From assembly GCA_038891615.1 (NCBI GenBank), contig JAWADY010000001.1, forward strand, positions 128,001 through 192,000: 64,000 bases of DNA. Reading direction: 5' to 3'. Source of the DNA: Candidatus Woesearchaeota archaeon. Its GTDB lineage: Archaea > Nanobdellota > Nanobdellia > Woesearchaeales > ARS49. This document shows, piece by piece, positions 19,539 through 29,233 of this stretch (within the stretch, counting starts at the first letter, position 1; every line of letters starts with the position of its first letter). A program made the translations under genes and the position numbers. The notes under the pieces were generated by a model that was not told the origin of the DNA, searched no databases, and saw only the letters and a program-made list of their open reading frames with translations.

Positions 19539-19745
19539 TTATTTCAGCTTTTCTTCTAGAGGTTTTTTGGCTTTTTTTGCTTCCTCGACAATGTCCACTC
19601 CTAAATCCTTCAGCGCTTTGATGTGCATTTGCATTAGTTGCTCTACTATTGCCACAAGCCTTACAAGTTCCTCACGCTCTTTTGCGAGTGTCGTAAGCGA
19701 GCCCTTATGAAAGCCTATTTGTTCTTCTTTTGAAACTTCTGCCAT
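19539..19745 (-). CDS. small conserved-looking coiled-coil protein
   Basis: RBS GGGGTGA; EQIGFHKGSLTTLAKEREEL...HIKALKDLGV. Confidence 0.75.
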   Translation of the reverse strand: MAEVSKEEQIGFHKGSLTTLAKEREELVRLVAIVEQLMQMHIKALKDLGVDIVEEAKKAKKPLEEKLK

Positions 19746-19921
19746 TTTTCACCCCCAATAATAGGAAATATTACATCAAGCACACTATTTAAAGATGGTG
19801 TGACAAAAAAGTCATAGTAGCTGGTTTTGTTGAAAAACAAAAACCACATATTTTGAAAATGTGGTGTTAATTGTTGATGATTTCTTCAAGAACAAAAAGA
19901 ATATTTTTTGCCAAAACAAAA

Positions 19922-20026
19922 CGCCACCGCCCGGATTTGAACCGGGAATCCCTTGCGGGACTGGTTTGCTTTAAGCCAAATAGGCTTGTTCAAGACCAGC
20001 GCACTACCAGGTTATGCGACGGTGGC
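19922..20026 (-). tRNA. tRNA-Ser(UGA) with 22-nt intron at 37/38 (19967-19988)
   Basis: GCCACCG/CGGTGGC acceptor, G73, CTGGT-CT-TGA-A|intron|A-ACCAG, long variable arm TCCCGCAAGGGA, TTCAAAT T-loop. Confidence 0.93.
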
Positions 20027-20090
20027 GTGAAAGCAAATACAACAATAAAAAGAAATGAATGGGATTTATAAATTTTGGTCTTCTACATAC

Positions 20091-20894
20091 TTATTCTATT
20101 TTGAAGACCATTGACTTTGGTGTTTGAGTGGAAAAAATTAGGCTAAACTTGTTTATAGGTTTACCAGTGAAAAGCCTTTTGACAACAGCTTTTTCTGACA
20201 CACCATCCAAAAGTTTTATTGTGTCTTCGGTAACAAAAAGATATGCTGTTGTTGCACAGTCCGCATAGCTAGAAGGTTCAAGGTTGCGAGAAATCTTTTG
20301 CTCACATGCAAGCATTTTAAAAATCTCAGTTGAGAGTTTATCGTCTTCAGTGGTCAGTGCCTTTTCAAGCCAAAAAAATATTTCTGCGTCTTTTTCATTT
20401 TCAAGGTTAAATGCGCGGGCGCCTTTTGGAAGCGCACAGGGCAAGGCATTTGTCGCTTTTAATCTGCGCACACCATAGTAGGCTACCACGAATACTGCTA
20501 CGAGAATTATAAGAGCAAAAACAACTGCTATTGCTTTTTTGCCTCCACTTCGAACAGGGCTTGTGCCAGCAGAATTGTTTTTTGCATTGTTAAAGCCTTT
20601 ATGTTTTTTGTTCGGGTTGCGGGCATTTTTTGAGTTTGAAACGGGTTTTGATACTTTTGGTTGACGCTTTGCTATGATTGCATTTGCCGCTCTAGAAACA
20701 TATTTTGCCTGGGAAACGCGCTTAGTCTGTTCATTAAAACCTGTTTCGCTTTTCACTCTTTCAGTGTTGTTTATTTCCTTTTCAAGCTCGTCAAACTCGC
20801 GATTCAACTCGAAAGAAGTCTGAGCCTTTTCAGCCTTTTCCTTTTCAAGTTCTTCAGCAACATCCAGTGAAGTTGACCAATGCGACATTTGCAC
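20091..20894 (-). CDS. hypothetical single-TM membrane protein
   Basis: Charged/low-complexity N-half, TM AIAVVFALIILVAVFVVAYYGV, C-terminal domain with Cys. Confidence 0.65.
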   Translation of the reverse strand: MQMSHWSTSLDVAEELEKEKAEKAQTSFELNREFDELEKEINNTERVKSETGFNEQTKRVSQAKYVSRAANAIIAKRQPKVSKPVSNSKNARNPNKKHKGFNNAKNNSAGTSPVRSGGKKAIAVVFALIILVAVFVVAYYGVRRLKATNALPCALPKGARAFNLENEKDAEIFFWLEKALTTEDDKLSTEIFKMLACEQKISRNLEPSSYADCATTAYLFVTEDTIKLLDGVSEKAVVKRLFTGKPINKFSLIFSTQTPKSMVFKIE

Positions 20895-20945
20895 ACTCCT
20901 GTTTGTGACACGATTCTAAAGTGGTGGTTTAAAAGCTTTGTTGTT

Positions 20946-21434
20946 TTAAAATAGACTAATTTCTTTTATCCTCGCTGCATAAAATTCCTTTTTTGTGAGG
21001 ACAGAGCCAACGCGCCAAAGAATAAAACCAATTACAAAAAAACTAATGGCAAGGACTGTTACGCTTGGCACTGTTCGCTCGAGATAAGCTGCGATTGCAG
21101 GACCAACGGCTGGAAAATAATCGACAAGAGGCATAAGAATCACTTCCTTGCCAAAAAGTATGAAAAGAATGGCGAGAATTCCAGGGACAAAAGTCATCAA
21201 GCCAAGCCTCTTTACTGTCTGCCCAAAAGAGCCTTCCACCATGAGCATTATTAAGATTGCAATACCAACAAGTGCAATTGATGCAGTGAAAGCCCTTGGC
21301 GCAAAATGTGTTTGAATGACAACAAGAGGGATTAAAGCCGTAAGACCAGTAACATAAGCAAGTCTTGCAAGATAACGCGCAATAGCCCTAAAAATCACAG
21401 TTACAAGCCCCTTTTTTTGTTGCATTATTAACAT
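20946..21434 (-). CDS. hypothetical multi-TM membrane protein
   Basis: ~4 hydrophobic helices. Confidence 0.65.
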   Translation of the reverse strand: MLIMQQKKGLVTVIFRAIARYLARLAYVTGLTALIPLVVIQTHFAPRAFTASIALVGIAILIMLMVEGSFGQTVKRLGLMTFVPGILAILFILFGKEVILMPLVDYFPAVGPAIAAYLERTVPSVTVLAISFFVIGFILWRVGSVLTKKEFYAARIKEISLF

Positions 21435-21530
21435 GAAATGCCATCTTTTAAAAATATTTTTGTTTAAAAACTTAGTGAATTTTCAACAGAAATTACTGCC
21501 TCTTATTACATAGAAAAAATAAGGAATCTG

Positions 21531-22238
21531 TCAAAGCATCCCAGGAGCCAAAGGTGCTTTTTTCTTTATCTCACCGACATATCTGCAATACTCACAGCTC
21601 TCAGATTGTTTTGGAATGCCGCCTTCAAGAATTTGATATGCCCTTTTTATTAGTGCCACAGCATCATCAGCTTTTATTTCAACCTTGCGAAGGTCTGAGT
21701 GGAATGCTATGCTGGTTTTTTCATTGCTGCTCAGAATTCCTTCGGGGTGCAAGAAAAGTAGATATGCATAATCATGTGTTTTATGTCCATTGTTTCTTAG
21801 GAGGAAATTGTAAATCGAAAGCTGAGGTAGGTAATAATCTATAGTGTTTTCTTTTGCAGCCGAACCGCGCGTTTTGAAATCTAGCACAACAAGTTTGTCA
21901 TCAACTATAAGAAGATCATCAATTGCCCCCTTAATGACACTCCCCTTATCATCCTTCCAATTTAGACCTTTTAAATTGTTTCTCCAAACACTAAGAAGTG
22001 AATATTCTTTGAAAAGATTTGCCTTACCTTTGAGCTGAGCGAGCATTGGCGGAAGCTCATTTTTGCTCCTAAAAGAATCAAAGTGTTCTTTAATTATCCT
22101 GTCTATGCCAGACGGAAGAGTGGGAAAAGCGCCACGTGGCCTCACAATACCTTTTTTAAAATGAAGCCAAAAGCACCTTGGGCATTCATCTAAGATGTTA
22201 AGGGTTGATGCAGTGAAATTATACCCCATAGTAGTCAA
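21531..22238 (-). CDS. PD-(D/E)XK nuclease, Cas4/RecB-like
   Basis: CPRCFW, GAIDD, VLDFKT, QLSIY, C-terminal CEYC. Confidence 0.88.
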   Translation of the reverse strand: MTTMGYNFTASTLNILDECPRCFWLHFKKGIVRPRGAFPTLPSGIDRIIKEHFDSFRSKNELPPMLAQLKGKANLFKEYSLLSVWRNNLKGLNWKDDKGSVIKGAIDDLLIVDDKLVVLDFKTRGSAAKENTIDYYLPQLSIYNFLLRNNGHKTHDYAYLLFLHPEGILSSNEKTSIAFHSDLRKVEIKADDAVALIKRAYQILEGGIPKQSESCEYCRYVGEIKKKAPLAPGML

Positions 22239-22407
22239 TTTATGTTGATGGGTTTATAAGGTTTGCTAATACTTTATAATAAATTGGTTAGCAAATGCCA
22301 AAGCAAAAATAGCTTCTGCCATTCAGCTTTGATTGTTAGTCTTCATTATTTTACAGTCGTCACATAAACAGAAAAATTTAAATAAAAGATGCGTATGACC
22401 ATTTTCT

Positions 22408-23409
22408 ATGCCGATAGAACTTAAACAATTAAAAGGGGAAGAATTTATAAAAAAGATATTATCCGGAGAAAAGGATTTCAGTGGAATAAAACTAGAAGTT
22501 GGGTTTGATCTTTCTGGCCATGAAGCTTTTGGACAACTATGCGCATATCTGAAAAAAGAAGACCTCCAAAAAAACCCCATCATATTAAGTGCATCTGAAT
22601 TGCAAGGAATTATAGCAAAAGGAATATATCTTCCATATGTGAAGGCAGACGTAGTTAATCTAAGAAAAGCAAATCTCGAAGAAGCTTATCTGAAGAATGC
22701 AGAAATGAAACTAGCAAACCTTGAAAAAGCAAACCTTAAAGGAGCAGACCTTGAAAAAGCAGACCTTTACAAAGCAAGATTTTACAGAGCATATCTTGAG
22801 AAAACAAACCTCAGCGGAGCAATTCTTTCTCGTGCAAACTTCAAACAAGCATATCTTGCAAAAGCAGACCTAAAAAGCACAAACCTTTATGGAGCAACTC
22901 TCTCAGAAGCAAACCTCTATGAAGCAAACATTGAAGAGGCAAACCTTTACAACACGGATCTTAGCAAAGCAAATCTTGAGAGGGCATGCTTACGGTCAGC
23001 AGACCTGAGCGAAGCAGATCTGTCTTCAGCAGAACTTTTTGAAGCGAACATTGAAAAAGCAAATTTAAGTGCGACAAAGTGCATGTTTTCAAATTTCAGA
23101 AGGGCAAACCTTAAAGAAGCAAATCTTTCCAGGGCAAACTTTGAGTGCGCAAACCTTTCCGAAGCATATCTGGAAAAAGCAAACCTTTCTAAAGCAGATT
23201 TCGAAGAAGCTGACCTTTGGAAAGCAAAGCTTAAGGAAGCAGACGTTTCAAGAACAACCTTTTATAAAACAAACCTTGAAGATGTCAAGGATATAGAATC
23301 TGCATTAAATTTAGAACGCGCACTTTTTGAAGCAGTCACAATTTCAGAAAAAGAAAGGAAAATTTTTGAAAAAATATTTGCAGAAAAAAAATTTTTCGTT
23401 GTTGAATAA
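22408..23409 (+). CDS. pentapeptide repeat protein
   Basis: Long run of A(N/D)LxxA-type pentapeptides (ANLEKANLKGADLEKADL...). Confidence 0.95.
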   Translation: MPIELKQLKGEEFIKKILSGEKDFSGIKLEVGFDLSGHEAFGQLCAYLKKEDLQKNPIILSASELQGIIAKGIYLPYVKADVVNLRKANLEEAYLKNAEMKLANLEKANLKGADLEKADLYKARFYRAYLEKTNLSGAILSRANFKQAYLAKADLKSTNLYGATLSEANLYEANIEEANLYNTDLSKANLERACLRSADLSEADLSSAELFEANIEKANLSATKCMFSNFRRANLKEANLSRANFECANLSEAYLEKANLSKADFEEADLWKAKLKEADVSRTTFYKTNLEDVKDIESALNLERALFEAVTISEKERKIFEKIFAEKKFFVVE

Positions 23410-23751
23410 GATTTTTGATTTTCTATTTTAATCCAAAAAGAATTTGTTTCAAGACAAATTCTGATATAACTTAGCTATCAAATGTTTTTATAAAGGTTTG
23501 GAAGACATTCCTATACCTAATAGTAAGAACTATGTTAAGTATTTGAATCTTTCAGTTAGTATATAGCAATATTTATATGCTAAATTTAATATAACTGACT
23601 AGTATGGGAAAAATTAAAATAGAAGGTTATGTTGCGAACTATGCGAGCATGAATTGTGGTTCCTTTAAGGTTACAAAACCAAAGAGCTAAAAGTGTGTCC
23701 TAAATGCAAAAGCCTTTATTGGAATAGGCCAAGAAAAAAAGGTGAAATAAG

Positions 23752-25773
23752 ATGCAACTTGATGATGAACTAAAACAAGACCTCATAAAAATGATAGAAG
23801 AAGGCAAAGAGATTCCTGAATCTTTCAAAAATCTTCTATTTCCGCCTAAAGAAGAGCCAAAAGAGATGGAGTTGAAATATGGCATTAAGGAAAGAGAGGA
23901 AGACATTTTGGCTGACACAATGGCAATGCCATTTCAGCCTGTAAAGCAGTTTGGCAATGTGAAGGAAGGCGAATGGCACAACATGCTTATTTTTGGCGAC
24001 AACTTGCAGGCATTAAAGTATCTGAAAAAACTTCAGGACGAAGGAAAACTAGAAAAGATAAAACTTGTTTTCATTGACCCTCCATTTGGCACAGGAGACA
24101 TTTACGATGCAAAAGGCGAACCTGCTTATTCTGCAAAACTACAAGGAGCAGAATTCATTGAGTTTTTAAGAAAAAGATTAATTTTCTTAAGAGAATTGCT
24201 TGCAGATGACGGAAGCATTTATGTTAGGATGGATTATCATTTCGGACATTATGTTAAAGTCATAATGGATGAGATTTTTGGGAAGGAGAATTTTAGGAAT
24301 GAGATAGTTGTTAGAAGATCTACACAAATGGGAACTACAGCAGATAGATTTCCAACAGCTTTGGATTCTATTTTTTGGTACTCTGTAGACTCGAATAATT
24401 TTATTTTTAATCAAATAAAACGAAAAAGAATTTGTAGGTATTGCGGACAGGAAAGAAAATCTCAATGGATTTTAATGCATTCGCCGGGAATAAGACACCC
24501 TCCTGAAAGAATATTTTTTGGCAGAAAGTTATTACCACCGAAAGGAAGGCACTGGACTTTTATACAAGAAAAAATTGATGCTTTAATTAAGAAAGGCGAA
24601 CTGAGAATAAACAAAAAGATAAAATATATTGATCTAGAAGGAAAAGAAATAATTGGAATGCCAGAATACCTCCAATCACCAGAAGAGACAGTTGATTCAA
24701 ATTGGTCAGATATTTCAGGATACAGCAAAACGTGGAACTACCCTACTGAAAATTCCGAGGAACTCTTAGAGAGAGTAATCTCAGCATCCTCAAATCCTGG
24801 CGACCTTGTTCTCGATTGCTTTGCAGGCAGCGGCACAACTGGAGCGGTAGCTGAAAAGCTTGGCAGAAGATGGATTATGGTTGATTGTTCCAAGCTGGCA
24901 ATTTATACAATGATAAAGAGATTGCATAATTTGAGAAAAGAAATTGGCAACAAAGGCGAGCCTCTAAAGCCAAAGCCGTTTGTTCTTTATAATGCTGGCT
25001 TGTATGAAGATCATGACTTTATTTTAAAGATGGGTGAAGAGAATTTCAAGAGGTTTGCTCTTGATTTGTTCCAAGCAGAGCCGAAAGATTTTGATATTAA
25101 TGGCTTGAAAATGGATGGAGTTTTGTTTAATTGTCCTGTGAAGGTTTTCTCTCAAAAAGGCTATTTGACAGAGGAGTATATTGACCAATTACATGAAACA
25201 GTTGGAGAATACATCAAGGCAAGAATGTTTATTATTGCACCAGCAAGCAGAGTTTATTTCTTGCAGGATTACATAGAAAAGGATGGAATAAGATATTATG
25301 TTCTAAGAATTCCTTACTCTGTTATTGATGAATTGCATAAAAGAGCTTTCACAAGACCTTTACAGCCGACTTCTGCTAAAGATATTAATCAAAATATAGA
25401 ACAAGTGGGATTTGATTTTATACATCCGCCGAATGTCAAGGCAGAATATTTCAGAAGAAAGCCAAAAGATAAACTGATTGAAGAAGAGCTTGTTATTGAA
25501 ATAAAAGAGTTTGAAGCTGTGCAGAGAGCAAAAGAACCTATTGAATTCAAAGATTCTAAAGAAGCTTTGAGTATGGTTCTAATTGACAAAGATTACAATG
25601 GCAAATACTTCAATATGACTGACTACTTTTTTGCAGATGATATCAAAAAAGAAGGCTACAAAGTAAGAATCCCTGCAAAAGAAGTTGGTGAGAAGGTTTG
25701 CATCATTTACTTGGATATTTTTGGGAATGAGAGGGTTGAGGTTAAGGAGATAAAGGAGTTTAAGAGAGGATGA
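23752..25773 (+). CDS. mod: type III restriction-modification DNA methyltransferase (Mod)
   Basis: LIFGDNL, IDPPF (motif IV), FRNEIV, YPTE, DCFAGSGTT (motif I); beta-class order; C-terminal DIFGNE. Confidence 0.92.
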   Translation: MQLDDELKQDLIKMIEEGKEIPESFKNLLFPPKEEPKEMELKYGIKEREEDILADTMAMPFQPVKQFGNVKEGEWHNMLIFGDNLQALKYLKKLQDEGKLEKIKLVFIDPPFGTGDIYDAKGEPAYSAKLQGAEFIEFLRKRLIFLRELLADDGSIYVRMDYHFGHYVKVIMDEIFGKENFRNEIVVRRSTQMGTTADRFPTALDSIFWYSVDSNNFIFNQIKRKRICRYCGQERKSQWILMHSPGIRHPPERIFFGRKLLPPKGRHWTFIQEKIDALIKKGELRINKKIKYIDLEGKEIIGMPEYLQSPEETVDSNWSDISGYSKTWNYPTENSEELLERVISASSNPGDLVLDCFAGSGTTGAVAEKLGRRWIMVDCSKLAIYTMIKRLHNLRKEIGNKGEPLKPKPFVLYNAGLYEDHDFILKMGEENFKRFALDLFQAEPKDFDINGLKMDGVLFNCPVKVFSQKGYLTEEYIDQLHETVGEYIKARMFIIAPASRVYFLQDYIEKDGIRYYVLRIPYSVIDELHKRAFTRPLQPTSAKDINQNIEQVGFDFIHPPNVKAEYFRRKPKDKLIEEELVIEIKEFEAVQRAKEPIEFKDSKEALSMVLIDKDYNGKYFNMTDYFFADDIKKEGYKVRIPAKEVGEKVCIIYLDIFGNERVEVKEIKEFKRG

Positions 25774-25774
25774 A

Positions 25775-26584
25775 ATGTTTCAAAATTTCCCATTCAATAT
25801 CAAAACACTTAGTTTTTTGATAGCAATAATCGCTGGTATTTTACTCTATTTTGGTAAGGTTATTAGTGATACTAAAGTTGAAAAATACAATAAATTAGAT
25901 TTTTATATTGAAGGTTTATTCTTTTCATCAATTTATTTGTTCTTGCCATTTGTAATTGGATACTACCTTTTTTCTATTAACTGGTTTAAATTCCAAATGT
26001 GGGTTTACGTCTTTATTCAAATTTTAATTCTCGGCTGCTTATCCTGGAATTTTAGAGCACATAATCTCTTAAGAAAGTTTGGTTTAATCAAGGAATTTAA
26101 GAATAGATTTAATAGGAAGATAGAAGAACTTCGGGCTCAAAAAACAGCCATCACCAAATTCATTTCAAAAGAAAGAGAAAGTTGGTTTAAAAAGAAATTT
26201 GGCTTTGATTTTATACAACTGAACATTCTTACATTTTATGATATTCCGATTAAAATTTTTGGTAACAAGAATGTTTTATTTTTATTTTCACTAGCTACAT
26301 TTTTATCAATATTCTACACAATTTCAAATAATTTTATATTAGCAGCATTCTCATTTGTAATTGGTTTTTTTATACTAACAATGATTGCAGTTGCTTATGG
26401 ATTCGGAGATGCTCATTACCCACCATCTAAAATAACTTTGTTGGATGGTAAAGTAATAGAGGGTGATATTATCAAATTCTCTGACGACTTTGTTTTCGTG
26501 TTAAATGAAAATGAAAAAATCTTCGTGAACAAAGACCAAATAAAAACAATAAAGCTGAGCTTATGGAAGGTGAAAAGAAAATGA
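25775..26584 (+). CDS. multi-TM membrane protein with putative C-terminal Sm/LSm-like barrel, inserted between mod and res
   Basis: ~5-6 TM helices; ITLLDGKVIEGDIIKFSDDFVFV...IFVNKDQIKTI; starts 1 nt after the mod stop, its stop overlaps the res ATG. Confidence 0.75.
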   Translation: MFQNFPFNIKTLSFLIAIIAGILLYFGKVISDTKVEKYNKLDFYIEGLFFSSIYLFLPFVIGYYLFSINWFKFQMWVYVFIQILILGCLSWNFRAHNLLRKFGLIKEFKNRFNRKIEELRAQKTAITKFISKERESWFKKKFGFDFIQLNILTFYDIPIKIFGNKNVLFLFSLATFLSIFYTISNNFILAAFSFVIGFFILTMIAVAYGFGDAHYPPSKITLLDGKVIEGDIIKFSDDFVFVLNENEKIFVNKDQIKTIKLSLWKVKRK

Positions 26585-29100
26585 CACCCATCAGAGTCAA
26601 TGAGCTAGTCTTGCAGGTTACAAAGAACATTGATCCAGAGAAGTTGGACTTGGATAAGTATGAAGATTTTCTTGAGGAGCTTTGCGGGCATAGGGAATTC
26701 CAGAAAGAGGCAATAAGAACCGCTGTTAGGTTTCTCTTGAGTGGTGAATATAAAAATACAGAGGATTTGGCGAGAGAAAATTTTGAGAAAAATCCAGCGC
26801 TAAAGGAATATTATAGAAGCTTTGATAATTTTAGAAACAAGCTGGAATTTCCTGACAAGCTTGCTTGCACGATTGACTTGGCAACAGCAACAGGAAAAAG
26901 TTGGGTGATGTACGGAATTGCACAGATTCTCTTATGCGAAGGGGCTGTGGATCAGGTACTGATTTTATGCCCATCAAGAACTGTTAAGAGAGAACTCTTG
27001 AAGAAATTTGAAAAATTTGTGATTGATAAAAATCTTAGAGCGGCATTGCAGGACGAATCAATTCCTATAAAGGTAACTCCTAGCATAACAGATGCTTCAA
27101 GAACAATAAAGAAATGGGATATTTGCATAGATAATGTTCACAAAACTTACCATCACGTTACTTCTTCTGTTTCTGATAGCTTAAAAGGAAAGGGAGAAAG
27201 AACTCTTGTTCTGAATGATGAATCTCATCATATAATGAGTCCAGAAGCAGAATCTTACAAAGCAGACATAGAAGCAATGAAAGAATGGAAGAAATTCTTA
27301 CTAGATGAAAAATACAATTTCAAGTTCATTGTCGGTTTTACAGGAACACCTTACATAGGGAATGAATATGCACGAGATGTTGTTTATAGATATAGTATTA
27401 TGCAAGCAATGGAAGGGGATTTAGCAGGTAATTTTGTTATTAAAAAAGTAGAATATCTGAAGGAATCCAATGCTAAAACTTGGTCACAGAAATTAGAAGA
27501 GATTTACGCGAACCACCAGAGAAACAAGAAGATATGGGACAAGGCGGATAAGCACATTACAATTTTTGTAACTCAAACTATCAATAAAGCTGAGAAATTA
27601 GCAAATGAGATCAAGAATTTTCTTATTGATAAGGAAAAAATAACACTTGATAAAGCAGAGAAGAAAGTTTTGGTTGTAACATCAAGCCCAAAGCACGAAG
27701 CAAACAGGGAAATACTGAAGGAGGTTGATGATGCAAAAAATCCTGTTGAGTGGATTGTTTCTGTAAGTATGCTTAGTGAGGGCTGGGATGTAGACAATGT
27801 TTTCCAAATTGTTCCACATGAAGAAAGAGCTTTTAATTCAAAGTTGTTAATTGCGCAGGTTTTGGGTAGAGGATTAAGAGTTCCTAAGACTTATCTTTCT
27901 GAACAGCCAACCGTCATAGTTTACAACCATTACAAATGGGGAGAAGCAATAAGGGAACTAGTGGAAGAAGTAATGGATTATGAAAAAAGAGTAAGAAGTT
28001 ACATCGTAGACAAGGAAAAGGATTACAATTTTGAATTGCACAACATGAAATATGAAAAGATAGAGGTTCAAAAGAAATTACATCCTCAAAAAGGAAAATA
28101 CAAAATACCCAAGATTCCTGAGCTGAGCACGCAATCAGGTATCAAAAAATTAAGAACAACTTATTTCCAAATAAAAGAACAAAAAGAAAAGGAAGTAGTT
28201 ACGCAAATTCCAGTAAAATTGTACAGCATAGAAAGAACAGTTAACGACATTATCAATAAATTAGAAGAATTCTACGAAGAACGCGGAATGAAGTGTCCTT
28301 ATAAAATAGATAAACTAAAACTCAAAGCAGAAATAGAACATTCTTTAAAGAGAGCAGATCCTGAAAAGACTGGAATGCTTACTGAAGAGAACAAAAACAG
28401 AATAGAAAGAGCCTTTGATGTTTTGAAGAGGGAAGCAACCGGAACGACTGTAATAAAAAGAGTTTCCCAGGCACCTTACATAATAAAAACAAGAGATATC
28501 CCCACGGCAAGCGCAAAAGTTTCAGAGTTTCTAAAGAACAAAGCAATGGTTTATGAGGAAACTTCAATAAAACTATCTAAAAAGGAAGATAGAGAACTTA
28601 TAGAAGAGGCTAGCAACGAAGCTCCTCGCAAGAATGTGATTATTATAGAAAACAAATACTTGTTTAGATGCCCTTTGAATGTTGTAATTCTTTCTCATAA
28701 CAATGAAAGGGAGTTTGCAAGGTATTTAGCAATGCCAGAATATGCACAAAAAATAGATGCTTGGATTAAGTCTGTTGACAGAGGATTTTATGATGTTCCG
28801 TATACATATCGTAAAGGTTCTCATCAAGTTTGGGCAAAATTCAACCCAGACTTTTTTATCAAGATAGGAAAGGACATTTTAGTTGTAGAGATAAAATCTG
28901 ACGAAGATATCACCGAACAAAATAAAGCCAAATTGAAATATGCCAGAATTCACTTTGAAGAGTTGAATAAAAAGCAGAAGAAAGTCAAATATTATTTTAA
29001 GTTCCTTTCTCCACAGGATTTTCCACAGTTTTTTGAAGCCATAAAATCTGGAAATTATGCGAAATATACTAGTAATCTTGAAGCTGAATTAAGGGGTTGA
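26581..29100 (+). CDS. res: type III restriction enzyme Res subunit (SF2 helicase + PD-(D/E)XK nuclease)
   Basis: LATATGKS, NDESHH, FTGTP, LSEGWD, QVLGRGLR, FNPDFF...VVEIK; RBS GAAGGTGA before ATG 26581. Confidence 0.92.
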   Translation: MTPIRVNELVLQVTKNIDPEKLDLDKYEDFLEELCGHREFQKEAIRTAVRFLLSGEYKNTEDLARENFEKNPALKEYYRSFDNFRNKLEFPDKLACTIDLATATGKSWVMYGIAQILLCEGAVDQVLILCPSRTVKRELLKKFEKFVIDKNLRAALQDESIPIKVTPSITDASRTIKKWDICIDNVHKTYHHVTSSVSDSLKGKGERTLVLNDESHHIMSPEAESYKADIEAMKEWKKFLLDEKYNFKFIVGFTGTPYIGNEYARDVVYRYSIMQAMEGDLAGNFVIKKVEYLKESNAKTWSQKLEEIYANHQRNKKIWDKADKHITIFVTQTINKAEKLANEIKNFLIDKEKITLDKAEKKVLVVTSSPKHEANREILKEVDDAKNPVEWIVSVSMLSEGWDVDNVFQIVPHEERAFNSKLLIAQVLGRGLRVPKTYLSEQPTVIVYNHYKWGEAIRELVEEVMDYEKRVRSYIVDKEKDYNFELHNMKYEKIEVQKKLHPQKGKYKIPKIPELSTQSGIKKLRTTYFQIKEQKEKEVVTQIPVKLYSIERTVNDIINKLEEFYEERGMKCPYKIDKLKLKAEIEHSLKRADPEKTGMLTEENKNRIERAFDVLKREATGTTVIKRVSQAPYIIKTRDIPTASAKVSEFLKNKAMVYEETSIKLSKKEDRELIEEASNEAPRKNVIIIENKYLFRCPLNVVILSHNNEREFARYLAMPEYAQKIDAWIKSVDRGFYDVPYTYRKGSHQVWAKFNPDFFIKIGKDILVVEIKSDEDITEQNKAKLKYARIHFEELNKKQKKVKYYFKFLSPQDFPQFFEAIKSGNYAKYTSNLEAELRG

Positions 29101-29233
29101 CAAGGGATAACTTAACCATACAACATAAGAAAATTGCCCTATCGCACCAATTCGGCTTAAGAATCATCACTCGTTATTGTGACAGAGAGGACATTCGTAA
29201 CTTTTATAAATCACACAAATCTCCATTTTTCAC

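Noticed and set aside
21531-22238. Cas4 as evidence of a CRISPR-Cas locus
   Set aside because: No cas1/cas2 or array in the window; solo Cas4-like nucleases are common in archaea
22600-23280. Recurrent GCAAACCT/GCAGACCT motifs resembling a repeat array
   Set aside because: 15-nt periodicity explained by pentapeptide coding; no constant repeat with unique spacers, so not CRISPR
22240-29200. Integrated mobile element around the RM system
   Set aside because: No integrase, transposase, terminal repeats or duplicated tRNA 3' end found by eye
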